64,000 bases of DNA from Marispirochaeta sp. (lineage in GTDB: Bacteria > Spirochaetota > Spirochaetia > JC444 > Marispirochaetaceae): assembly GCA_963676835.2 (NCBI GenBank), contig CAXXFF010000002.1:96001-160000 (forward strand), in the 5' to 3' direction. Shown here piece by piece: positions 10,222-19,526 of the stretch. The position numbers were made by a program, and so were the translations under genes. Every line of letters starts with the position of its first letter. Within the stretch, counting starts at the first letter, position 1. The notes under the pieces are model-generated. The model did no database searches, had not been told where the DNA came from, and saw only the letters and a program-made list of their open reading frames with translations.

Positions 10222-11052
10222 ATGTTTTCCATCGGAGAGTTTTCACGCGCCACGCAGCTGACAGTAAAAACCCTGCGGTTTTATCATGATCAGGGAATCC
10301 TGATCCCTGCCCGGATCGATCCAGTTTCAGGTTACCGCTACTATGATTCAAACTCATACCACCGGGCACAGCAGATAGAACAGCTGAAAAACCTTGGTTT
10401 TACCATCACAGAAATTTACCGCATTCTTACCGATTTTGACGATGAGCAGGAACTGACCAATCTGATTAAAGAGAAGCTGATTCAGACGCAGACAGAAATA
10501 AACAAGCTGAAAGCACTGGAACGGAATCTTAAACAGGCTGTCAGCTTAACAGCGCAGACAGAGCCCGTTTCCGCAGACGGGGAGATACTGGAAACTGACC
10601 TGGAACTTCCCCTTCTTGCGATAAAGGAAATAACTGGCCGGTATGAGAACCTTGGAGAAGCATACAGAAATCTCTACACAAGCCTTGGAGCAGTCATCAA
10701 AGGAAAACCCTTCGCCTTATATTATGATCTTGATCACAGGGAGAAGGATCTTACCATGGAGGCGGCGATTCCAATAAAAAAGGAGATCCCCGTAAAAGGG
10801 GTAAAAGGTATCACCTACAGACAACCGGAAACCATACACTGCATTAAAACTGAATATTCAGGCCCATACGGGAGGCAGGGGAATACCTACCTGCGTCTCT
10901 TCGCCTTCTGCAGGGAGAGAGGATTACAAATTGAAACGCCGGTTATTGAGCATTACATAAAAGGGCCGGGAATGATTCTCCGGGGGAATCCGGAGAAATA
11001 CCGGACAGAGTGTATTCTTAAAGTCACGGCTCCCGGGCAATCTGAACACTGA
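10222..11052 (+). CDS. MerR-family regulator with C-terminal GyrI-like domain
   Basis: FSIGEFSRATQLTVKTLRFYHDQGIL...SGYRYY HTH; C-terminal GPY...Y and IEHYIKGPG. Confidence 0.93.
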   Translation: MFSIGEFSRATQLTVKTLRFYHDQGILIPARIDPVSGYRYYDSNSYHRAQQIEQLKNLGFTITEIYRILTDFDDEQELTNLIKEKLIQTQTEINKLKALERNLKQAVSLTAQTEPVSADGEILETDLELPLLAIKEITGRYENLGEAYRNLYTSLGAVIKGKPFALYYDLDHREKDLTMEAAIPIKKEIPVKGVKGITYRQPETIHCIKTEYSGPYGRQGNTYLRLFAFCRERGLQIETPVIEHYIKGPGMILRGNPEKYRTECILKVTAPGQSEH

Positions 11053-11812
11053 TTCCCAGCTTCTCAACCTCTTTTAAAATAGCAGCATCCGCAGCTTCAT
11101 CGGTAATAAGTGTATCCACAATATCCAGATCGCAGATATGACTCAAAGCGGTCTGCCCAAGCTTTCCTCCGTCGGCAATAAGCACCACCCGTTTTGCACA
11201 GCCGATCATGCGCTGCTTTACCGAGGCTTCAACCATGGTGTGATCTGTAAGGCCTTTTTCAAGGGAAACTGCTTTAGCTGACAGGAAAAAGATGTCTGCA
11301 TTTACTGAATCAAAGAAACTTTCCGCCGGAGGCCCCACCATGGAGCGGGACGGTCCGTGGACAATTCCACCAGGCAGAATAAGTGTCAGTTCCGGCAGGC
11401 CGGTAAGAACCTGTGCAGCCTCCAGAGAAGGTGTAATAACAGTTATGTGTTCTTTGTCACAGAGCTTGAGGGCAAGCTCATAGGCGGTTGTTCCCGACCC
11501 GATTATAACCGTATCGCCGCTGGTCACCATATCAGCAGCCGATACTGCCAGCAGGCTCTTTGCGTCCCGGTTGCGGTTAAGACGCCGGGAAAAGGTGGCA
11601 CCGGATATACTGGACTGCAGAAGCCCTGCTCCACCCTTTGTGCGGAAACAGATTCCCGCTTCTTCAAGAGAGACCAGGTCCCGGCGGATAGTGTTTTCAG
11701 AGACTCCCAGCTGCTCGCTAAGGTCGGAAACTTTTACCGTATGCCGGCTCGAGAGGAGTTCCTGTATTTTTAAAAACCGCTCAGGTTGAAGAAGCCTGGA
11801 ATCGTCATTCAT
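11024..11812 (-). CDS. DeoR/GlpR-family transcriptional regulator
   Basis: VSENTIRRDL HTH, GSGTT, sugar-phosphate-sensing C-terminal domain. Confidence 0.93.
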   Translation of the reverse strand: MNDDSRLLQPERFLKIQELLSSRHTVKVSDLSEQLGVSENTIRRDLVSLEEAGICFRTKGGAGLLQSSISGATFSRRLNRNRDAKSLLAVSAADMVTSGDTVIIGSGTTAYELALKLCDKEHITVITPSLEAAQVLTGLPELTLILPGGIVHGPSRSMVGPPAESFFDSVNADIFFLSAKAVSLEKGLTDHTMVEASVKQRMIGCAKRVVLIADGGKLGQTALSHICDLDIVDTLITDEAADAAILKEVEKLGISVQIAREP

Positions 11813-12067
11813 GAGGTACCAGTATAAAGGGTGTTTTACGCTCTGAGAAGCATATTCACGGCTTCTTTTATCCAGCTCAAATACCGGCTGCTCTGAGAAA
11901 TGGAGTATTTTTTACAGTACCATTTATATCAGAAACTATCTGAAAACCCACCAGCAATACTGCAGTAAGTTACAGGTAAAAACCTAGCATTGCTTACAGT
12001 GTCACATAGAACAGGTTCATGGATAATAACTCAGATTATTTCAATTATTTTTGGAGAAATTATTTTT

Positions 12068-12811
12068 ATGAATAGAAAACCTGTTCTTCTTTTGTTTCTT
12101 GGAATTGCAGCTATGGCTTTTCTGTCTTCCTGCGAAGACAGCGGGGCAGGTTCATCACCAGCACCGACGGTAACCCCGGTCATAGACTATGACTATACCG
12201 CCTGGACCTTTGACAACACTCTGGAAGAGATGAACGGCAACAGCATGTACCCCCTGACTGCTGAACAAGTGCTGTCGTCATACTCATTTTCCTATGGCAG
12301 TTCCACTAATCCAACTTATGCCAATGCCATGTTTATACGCCTGAAGACAGCAGAGGGGGTGGATTCACCCTTCGGTGACGACAGCACCTGGGCAATATCC
12401 CTCTGGTCAACCACAGGCTATTCGAATGATTCCATCTTTCCCATGTTCACCTGGTATGACGCTTCCGGCACAAGTCTCTTCTCCTTCGAGGAAGGCTGGT
12501 TCTCCCAGCTTTTGTATAATGGCGGCACAGGAACCACGGTTTTTCTTAACGACAATACGTCCGATAACAGAACGATCATGATGAACTGGCACAATACGGT
12601 AATTACCAGCGACGGGACCAATCTCTACTGTTACCTGAACGGAGAACTTAAGAATACCATCAGCACCACTTTTGACCTTTCCGGTTCCGGAAGATTTGTC
12701 TTTGGAGAACTCAGCGGTTCCTCCTTTATGGGCAAAATTGATAATGCAGTTATTTACGAGGACTACAAGGACGCCACCGAAGTAGCGGCAATTTACGCAG
12801 CGGGACGCTGA
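12068..12811 (+). CDS. Lipoprotein with LamG/concanavalin A-like domain
   Basis: Likely start MNRKPV with lipobox FLSSC; W(H)NTVITSDG...YLNGEL...FMGKIDNAVIY resembles LamG_3. Confidence 0.7.
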   Translation: MNRKPVLLLFLGIAAMAFLSSCEDSGAGSSPAPTVTPVIDYDYTAWTFDNTLEEMNGNSMYPLTAEQVLSSYSFSYGSSTNPTYANAMFIRLKTAEGVDSPFGDDSTWAISLWSTTGYSNDSIFPMFTWYDASGTSLFSFEEGWFSQLLYNGGTGTTVFLNDNTSDNRTIMMNWHNTVITSDGTNLYCYLNGELKNTISTTFDLSGSGRFVFGELSGSSFMGKIDNAVIYEDYKDATEVAAIYAAGR

Positions 12812-12844
12812 CAGCAGCAGTATTCTACGTTTCTGCAGGAGAAA

Positions 12845-13663
12845 TTACACAGTGCTCCTGCAGAGCTGTTTATTATTTGTGCTATTGATCGGGCCAACCT
12901 GTTTTGCCGGATAGGGAACAATTAATGGAATTCCGGCATGATCAATGATATCAACCTGTATCCCATACACCTCTTCAAGGTTTTCAGGGGTAATTGTTTC
13001 CTCTCCCCCATAAGCAAAAACTCTGGCATCCTTAAGCAGTACAAAGCGGTCGCAGTAGCGTATGGCAAGGTTCAGATCGTGAATAATAATTGCCACGCAG
13101 GTGTTATGCTCAGCTGCTATGGCTTTTACAATCTGGAGCACCTCATGCTGATTACGGGGATCCAGGTTGCTGGTAGGCTCATCCAGGAGCAGCAGTTTCG
13201 GCTCCTGTGCCAGGGCACGGGCAAGCATGACTTTCTGCACCTCACCGCCGGAAAGCTCGGATATATTGCGGAGCGACATCTCTGCCAGATTCATTTTTTG
13301 CATGATCTCCCAGACAATCGCCCTGTCATCTGATGTTGCATTCCACTTGATATATGGCTTTCTTCCCAAAAGAACAGCATCAAAGACCGTCATATCAACC
13401 GATCCTGTATGTTGCGGAACGTAAGCGATTGTCCGGGCACGCTCATTTCTGGTCATGGAAAACACATTTTCCTGCTCAACACATACCGAACCTTCCTGGA
13501 CAGGACATATGCGGTTGATGCTCTTTAACAAAGTGCTTTTTCCTGCTCCGTTATTACCCAGAATCGCTATACAGCGGTTCTTCTGAATATCAAAACTGAC
13601 CTCGTCCAGAATATTCCGCGAGGTGCGGCTGTATGCAAAACTGATACTGTCTATTTCAACCAT
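12845..13663 (-). CDS. FecE-type ABC transporter ATP-binding protein
   Basis: GNNGAGKST, LSGGE, LLLDEPTSNLD, HDLNLA; start revised to MVEIDS. Confidence 0.93.
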   Translation of the reverse strand: MVEIDSISFAYSRTSRNILDEVSFDIQKNRCIAILGNNGAGKSTLLKSINRICPVQEGSVCVEQENVFSMTRNERARTIAYVPQHTGSVDMTVFDAVLLGRKPYIKWNATSDDRAIVWEIMQKMNLAEMSLRNISELSGGEVQKVMLARALAQEPKLLLLDEPTSNLDPRNQHEVLQIVKAIAAEHNTCVAIIIHDLNLAIRYCDRFVLLKDARVFAYGGEETITPENLEEVYGIQVDIIDHAGIPLIVPYPAKQVGPINSTNNKQLCRSTV

Positions 13664-14735
13664 TGGTTTTACCCCCTTTAAACAGAATAAACAGAAACAA
13701 TGGCGCTCCAAGGAAGGAGGTAATAGCTCCAATGGGCAGGATTACCGGCGCAATAATCAATCTGCCGAAGGTATCCGCCAGAATCAGAAGCAGTCCCCCG
13801 GCTACAGCAGAAGAGGGAATAAGATAGCGGTAATCATTGCCGACAAATCTGCGCATCATATGTGGAGCAACAAGCCCCACAAAACTGATAATCCCCACAA
13901 AAGAAACCGCAACTGCCGAGGTCAGCGAACATATGCTCATACTTACCAGCATGACTGCCCGGGTATTCACACCAAGGCTCTTTGCTGTATCCGCTCCACC
14001 TGCCATTGCGTTGTAGTTCCAGCGGTTCAACGAGAAAAAAAGCATGGCTAAAAACAAAACGATCCCGAGGATTGAAAGTTCCGGCCAGCTTGTTGCCCCA
14101 AGATTCCCGAAGGTCCAGAAAACCACGGTGCTGATCTTTGTTTCATCCGCGAAATACTGAAGCAGCGTACTTCCACCGGCAAAAAGAGAACTCAAGGCAA
14201 CTCCGGCAAGGATAAACCCGCCGGGCCCCAGATCTTTCTTGAGCCCCGACAGGGCGATAACCACAAAAGTGGACAGTGAACCGCAGAGAAATGCGCAGAT
14301 GGTAACAATGTAGGGGTTATTTATTGAAACCGCTGTAGCTGCTGAATCGGAGTTCACCACTCCGCCGCCGAATACAATAATGCCCAGAGCGGCGCCGAAG
14401 GCCGCCCCATGAGAGACACCAAGGGTCGACGCTGAAGCAAGCGGGTTTCGTAAAACACATTGCATAACAGCACCTGAAGCCGCCAGGGCGGCTCCGACTA
14501 TGACAGCAGTAACAACCCGGGGCAGCCGGATATTCATGACAACCGTCTGTGTCCGGGCATTCCCTCCGCCGAAAATGGTGGAAAGTACATCGGTCACAGG
14601 GATCTTCAACGATCCGGCACTGACGGCAAACAGACTGATCAGAACTGTCACAAGTACGGACAATGCAAATACAATGCTTTTCTTCTGCAAAAATGCATCA
14701 TACTGCTTCTGCTGTGCAATGGATTCAACTGCCAT
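13656..14735 (-). CDS. FecCD-family ABC permease
   Basis: IRLPRV, QCVLRNPLAS, ISFVGLVAPH, ADTFGR, LPIGAITS. Confidence 0.95.
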   Translation of the reverse strand: MAVESIAQQKQYDAFLQKKSIVFALSVLVTVLISLFAVSAGSLKIPVTDVLSTIFGGGNARTQTVVMNIRLPRVVTAVIVGAALAASGAVMQCVLRNPLASASTLGVSHGAAFGAALGIIVFGGGVVNSDSAATAVSINNPYIVTICAFLCGSLSTFVVIALSGLKKDLGPGGFILAGVALSSLFAGGSTLLQYFADETKISTVVFWTFGNLGATSWPELSILGIVLFLAMLFFSLNRWNYNAMAGGADTAKSLGVNTRAVMLVSMSICSLTSAVAVSFVGIISFVGLVAPHMMRRFVGNDYRYLIPSSAVAGGLLLILADTFGRLIIAPVILPIGAITSFLGAPLFLFILFKGGKTNG

Positions 14736-14738
14736 TGC

Positions 14739-15842
14739 TTATGCGCCTAAATCGATTTTACAATAACCGTATCCGGCCTCTTCCAGTTTACTCAGATAAT
14801 TATCTGCTCCCAGAAAAAACTTGAAGATTTCATTTGCCTTTTGGGTGAAATCGATATCCTTGAACTGTTCCGGATACAGAATGCTCCCGGCATAGTAACT
14901 GTTCACAATGGGAATCTCGACATTCGAGTAATATGAGGTTGAACTGGGATACTGATACACCGTCCCGCCTTCAACCGCTTGCAGCTGCTTATAAAAATCA
15001 GGGTTCTTTTCATAATCAAGCTCAACAAGATTTACTCCTCCGCTGTCGAGAAAAATAACCTGAGGATTCCATCCGAGAATCTTCTCCTTATCCACAAGCA
15101 CCCCGCCGGATTTCTCCGCAATTCCTGCAGCAACATCATTAGCGGCTATTGCCTGAAATACTGCATATTTTGAATAAACCCCCTCAATTCCGTGCGCCCC
15201 TTTGAAGGTAGCCGCTGCTCCCAGAACCGAAGGTTTATGAGAAGCAGGAACGCCTGCCGTTCTTTCTCCAAGATCCTTAAGAGAATCATGAATAAAGGTT
15301 ATCACCTCATCCGCCCGCTCCGGGACATTGCAGACATCAGCTAAAATACGCAGAGCCTCCTGGTAATCTTTTCCGAAGAGTGTTCCCATCGGCACAGCTA
15401 CTACAGGGATCCCGGTCTTGCTCGTAATCTCGTCCGCCAGTTCCGCATTATAGGAACAGAAAATGACATCAGGATTTACACTGATAATCTGTTCAGGATA
15501 GTAGTTGGTTGCCCCCCTGGCATCGGTACCCACCATAGGCACATTCGACCAGAGTTCTTTTGTCGCATAGGCATAGGCGGTAACAGGACTGATGGTCTCA
15601 GGATCCATCCCACCAACACCGACAACCTTCCCGGCCAATCCGAGGTAAGTAATCATGCGGGGCGTATTCCCAAGGGGAACAAAGCTCTCCACCACCTTCG
15701 GCACCTCAACCTCACGTCCAAGACTGTCAGTGATAATACGTGTTTCCTCCTGCACAGTCTCTGTTGTCGTATTTTTACTACAACCGGTGAAACCCCCGGC
15801 AGCAAGGGCGAAAATCAGCATCGATACGGCAATGTTCTTCAT
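14739..15842 (-). CDS. Metal-chelate ABC substrate-binding lipoprotein (Peripla_BP_2 type)
   Basis: Lipobox FTGC, ITDSLGREVEVP, EQIISVNPDVI, ILYPEQF. Confidence 0.9.
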   Translation of the reverse strand: MKNIAVSMLIFALAAGGFTGCSKNTTTETVQEETRIITDSLGREVEVPKVVESFVPLGNTPRMITYLGLAGKVVGVGGMDPETISPVTAYAYATKELWSNVPMVGTDARGATNYYPEQIISVNPDVIFCSYNAELADEITSKTGIPVVAVPMGTLFGKDYQEALRILADVCNVPERADEVITFIHDSLKDLGERTAGVPASHKPSVLGAAATFKGAHGIEGVYSKYAVFQAIAANDVAAGIAEKSGGVLVDKEKILGWNPQVIFLDSGGVNLVELDYEKNPDFYKQLQAVEGGTVYQYPSSTSYYSNVEIPIVNSYYAGSILYPEQFKDIDFTQKANEIFKFFLGADNYLSKLEEAGYGYCKIDLGA

Positions 15843-15908
15843 TTGACGACTCCTTTCTCTTGTAATGTTCATTTCTTAATAAGCAGAATTGCTCATGCAG
15901 CCTGTAAC

Positions 15909-16438
15909 TCACCAGCCTCTGGTATAACTGGTGAAACAGTCGGCACAGACAGTTTTTCCTTCCTGCAGGTGCATTTTATGTTCAGGAGCCCCTTCGCCGC
16001 AATTTTCACAAATCAGGGTAGTAAAAAGCCGGGCTCTTTCGGGAAGCTCAAAATCCGGTGTGGAAAAGGTAAAAATTTCATCCACCGGAGATGCGAGAAG
16101 CTGCTGCTGCCACGCTGCCCGGTCCATATCTTTCTCTTTCTTCCCGGGAATAAGACAGACCCGTATTTTTTTCCGCTGGTTCGGTCGAAGAACGAGAAGG
16201 CCTGCTTCCCTGTGCCCCGGTACATCAGGTTCCCCTTTCCAAAGGTACAGCTTAAGAGAGCCTGCACCGCATCAACACCGCAGGCATCATTCTCGGTTAC
16301 ACAGACAATCTGTTCATCATCAGATACCCCGATCCCCATCTTTTCCCTGGCCGCCTCACAGGCCTTGAAACCGATGGCAAGTCCGGGACATTCATGGCCG
16401 TGAAAATTCACGGCTTTCTGCCATAATTCGCTTTTCAT
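15909..16438 (-). pseudogene. FmdE-family protein with C-terminal Zn finger, split by a frameshift at an A7 run (16166-16172)
   Basis: First frame carries FHGHECPGLAIG and CGVDAVQ...CTFGKGNL; second frame carries CENCGE...CADC. One extra A joins them as TSGKKIRVCLIPGKKEKDMDRAAW. Confidence 0.85.
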
Positions 16439-16645
16439 ATGTTTTCCTTTTTCTGCTGGTACTGCAGGATTTCTCGAGTATTGATGTTGTTTTATGCACT
16501 ATCTCACCACATATCACATTAATCAACTATTTTTAATCACATTTTTGATTGACAATGGTTTTATATGATGTTTTCATACAGGTGTCACCATGCTATAGAT
16601 CAAGGCCTGTTTTTATCACACATGAAATTACCTGGAGCAGAAGCA

Positions 16646-17881
16646 ATGAAAACCTTAATATACGATCCTTTTTCCGGAATCAGCGGCGATATGCATATGG
16701 GAGCTATGATAGATCTCGGCGTTCCGGAAGAGTACATAATAGAAAGTCTTAAGTGCCTGAATCTGCCGGGATGGAAGGTTCAGTTCACCCGGGACAGCCG
16801 CTGCGGCATTGCAGGAGTACGCGCCGTGGTTCACGCTGAGGGGGAGCACGATCACTCCCACGATCATGGCCACTCCCACGAGCACGATCACTCCCACGAG
16901 CACGATCACTCCCACGAGCATGGCCACTCCCATGTGCATGAACACAGAGGCCTGAAGGAAATTCGCGCCATGATCGAGAACAGCACTCTGTCTGCGGGAG
17001 TAAAAAAAAGGAGCCTGGAAATGTTTCAGGTTATCGCAGAAGCGGAAGCAAAAGTACACGGATCCACGATTAAAGAGGTTCACTTTCATGAGGTGGGGGC
17101 TGTGGACTCAATTGTAGATATCGTCACTGCAGCCGCCGCAATAGAATACCTGAAGCCCGACAGGATACTATCTTTTCCGCCGGAACTGGGAGGTGGTTTT
17201 GTAAACTGCGCTCACGGACGGATTCCGGTGCCCGCACCGGCAACGGTGGAAATTCTCACCAATATCGAATGCCGCAGGGGAGCTGTCGATAAGGAGACAA
17301 CCACTCCGACAGGAGCGGCGATTCTTGCAGCAAATGTGGATGCGTTTATCAGTACCGGCAATTTCTCCATAACAAGCACCGGATATGGACTGGGCAAACG
17401 TGAGCTGCCAATTCCCAATGCCCTCCGGGTATTTCTGGCAGAGACGGATGAAAAAACCACAACCGAGGCCCTGCTTCTGGAATGTAATGTTGATGACATG
17501 AATCCGGAACTCTATGACAATGTTATTACAAGGCTGCTCACCGCTGGAGCGAAGGATGCCTATCTTACACCGGTGCAAATGAAAAAAAACCGTCCAGGCA
17601 CACTGCTTAGCGTAATGACAACCTGTGATAAGCGCGAAGAGATAGCGGATATCATCTTCCGCGAGACCACCACCGGCGGCCTGCGGGAATTTCCGGTTAC
17701 CCAGACCATGCTTGAGCGAAAATTTGAAACCTCCAGAACTCCCTATGGAGATCTGAAACTCAAGAAATTCTTCCATAAGGGAGAATGTGTTTCCTGTAAG
17801 GCTGAATACGAGGAAGTGAAGGATCTGGCTGATAAAAACGGAGTTCCCATGAAAGAGATCTACCGGGAGATTCACTGGTGA
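16646..17881 (+). CDS. larC: Nickel insertase LarC (NPN cofactor biosynthesis)
   Basis: SGISGDM, His-rich insert, VHFHEVGAVDSIVD, CAHG.IPVPAPAT, TPTGAA, ECNVDDM, MKKNRPG. Confidence 0.96.
   Translation: MKTLIYDPFSGISGDMHMGAMIDLGVPEEYIIESLKCLNLPGWKVQFTRDSRCGIAGVRAVVHAEGEHDHSHDHGHSHEHDHSHEHDHSHEHGHSHVHEHRGLKEIRAMIENSTLSAGVKKRSLEMFQVIAEAEAKVHGSTIKEVHFHEVGAVDSIVDIVTAAAAIEYLKPDRILSFPPELGGGFVNCAHGRIPVPAPATVEILTNIECRRGAVDKETTTPTGAAILAANVDAFISTGNFSITSTGYGLGKRELPIPNALRVFLAETDEKTTTEALLLECNVDDMNPELYDNVITRLLTAGAKDAYLTPVQMKKNRPGTLLSVMTTCDKREEIADIIFRETTTGGLREFPVTQTMLERKFETSRTPYGDLKLKKFFHKGECVSCKAEYEEVKDLADKNGVPMKEIYREIHW
16844..16933 (+). repeat. Five 18-bp tandem units encoding the His-rich tract of LarC
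   Basis: GAGCACGATCACTCCCAC x3 exact plus 2 variants, translating as (E/D)H(D/G)HSH. Confidence 0.95.
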
Positions 17882-18678
17882 ACTTCAGGCAGAAGTCAGA
17901 AGATCTGCAACAGCTGCTGCAGGAACTTCCCGAGTTTGCCATTGCTTTTTCAGGAGGCGTTGATTCAGGGCTCCTCGCGGCAGCGGCGGTGAGATCAGGA
18001 AAAACACCACTGCTGATCACTGTGCGTCCCCCATGGGTTCCAGAGCGTGAATACCGTGATGCGTCAGCAACAGCAGACTTCCTGGGGATGGTATGGCACT
18101 GTATTCCAATGAAAATGCCGGATGAGCTGAAGGATAATCCCGATGATCGCTGTTACCTGTGCAAGAAATATATTCTTGAAAACATACGGAATAAAGCCGA
18201 AGAGAACGGCATTCACACCATTCTGGACGGCTCCAATGCTGACGACAGCAAGGACTACAGGCCGGGAAAAAAGGCACTTCATGAGTTTGCTGTACGGAGT
18301 CCGCTGGAAGAGTGCGGATTCACCAAATCCGAAGTCCGCGCCCTGGCCGCACAGTACAGCCTTGCTATCTGGAACAAACCTGCATACTCCTGCCTGCTCA
18401 CCAGATTCCCTCACAATACTACTATCGAAGGCACGGTACTTTCCGCAGTGGAAAAGGGAGAAGATATTCTGATTAACGAAGGATTCCCGGAAGTTCGTCT
18501 CCGCAGCCACGGAAACCTGGCGCGCATAGAGATTTCTCCGGAGGATAGAACCAGGTTCTGTACTCCGGAACGAATGGACCGTATAAACAGCAGCCTAAAA
18601 AACATTGGATTCCGCTATGTTTCCCTTGATCTGGAAGGCTACCGCTGCGGAAAAATGGACAGGACGGACAAAACATGA
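17878..18678 (+). CDS. larE: ATP-dependent sulfur transferase LarE
   Basis: PP-loop SGGVDS, NPDDRCYLCK, DYRPG, SCLLTRFP, VRLRSHG.LARIE. Confidence 0.95.
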   Translation: MNFRQKSEDLQQLLQELPEFAIAFSGGVDSGLLAAAAVRSGKTPLLITVRPPWVPEREYRDASATADFLGMVWHCIPMKMPDELKDNPDDRCYLCKKYILENIRNKAEENGIHTILDGSNADDSKDYRPGKKALHEFAVRSPLEECGFTKSEVRALAAQYSLAIWNKPAYSCLLTRFPHNTTIEGTVLSAVEKGEDILINEGFPEVRLRSHGNLARIEISPEDRTRFCTPERMDRINSSLKNIGFRYVSLDLEGYRCGKMDRTDKT

Positions 18679-19430
18679 GTACCGAACAGAAACTGGAAGA
18701 ACTGCTCAATAGCTTCAAGCAGGGAGAAACTGACCTGTACAGCACCCGGCAGGCGGTGAAGGATCTCTTTTTTACCGACCTGGGGCATACCAGGCTGGAC
18801 ACCAACCGCGCCGAGCGTACCGGCTATCCCGAAGTAATCTACTGTGCCGGAAAAACAGCAGACCAGATCCGACAAATCATGCACCACATGAAAAACCGCG
18901 GAATCAATATCCTGGCCACCAGAATGAGCGAATCGGTATACACGGAACTACAAGCTGAGTTTGGGGAAGGCCGCTACACCGCCGGCCCTGGAATATTTAC
19001 GCTTACACAGAAACCGGTGGAGAAAAACAGCAAAGGAGAAATTGCTGTGGTCAGTGCCGGGACCTCGGACTTTCGTGTAGCCGAGGAAGCAGCCCTTACC
19101 GCCGAGTTTTACGGCCATACCGTTTCCCGCTACAGCGACGTAGGAGTAGCGGGCATTCACCGGCTGCTGGCGTCCATCGAAGATATTCGCAGGGCCAGGG
19201 TTATAGTAGTGGTTGCCGGAATGGAAGGAGCCCTGGCCAGCGTCGTGGCCGGACTGGTTCAGTCCCCGATAATCGCCGTGCCCACAAGTGTGGGTTACGG
19301 GGCAAACTTTCAGGGACTGACCGCACTGCTTTCAATGATCAACAGCTGTTCCGCCGGTATCTCGGTAGTCAACATCGACAATGGATTCGGCGCCGGATTT
19401 CTCGCGGGAATGATTAACTCTCTGGAATAG
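18675..19430 (+). CDS. larB: NaAD carboxylase/hydrolase LarB
   Basis: PEVIYCAGK, AGTSD, DVGVAGIHRL, AGMEGAL, PTSVGYG, VNIDNGFGAG. Confidence 0.96.
   Translation: MSTEQKLEELLNSFKQGETDLYSTRQAVKDLFFTDLGHTRLDTNRAERTGYPEVIYCAGKTADQIRQIMHHMKNRGINILATRMSESVYTELQAEFGEGRYTAGPGIFTLTQKPVEKNSKGEIAVVSAGTSDFRVAEEAALTAEFYGHTVSRYSDVGVAGIHRLLASIEDIRRARVIVVVAGMEGALASVVAGLVQSPIIAVPTSVGYGANFQGLTALLSMINSCSAGISVVNIDNGFGAGFLAGMINSLE
19364..19425 (+). repeat. Direct repeat copy A (3' end of larB)
   Basis: 54/62 identical to 21059-21120 by manual alignment; last 28 bp identical. Confidence 0.92.
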
Positions 19431-19526
19431 GATAAGGGTCCCCTGAAAATTCTCTGATCAGATACTGATTTTTCCATGGATACCGGAGATACACGTTACA
19501 GATTGCTTATCCACCGGTTCAATCTG

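Noticed and set aside
16439..16645. Possible NikR operator (TATGA-N5-TCATA, repeated ATCACAT) between fmdE and larC
   Set aside because: Half-site spacing does not match the E. coli NikR box and the region is AT-rich; not supportable without a motif scan.
16646..17881. Programmed frameshift in larC at its A-runs
   Set aside because: The ORF is continuous through both LarC domains; no shift is needed.
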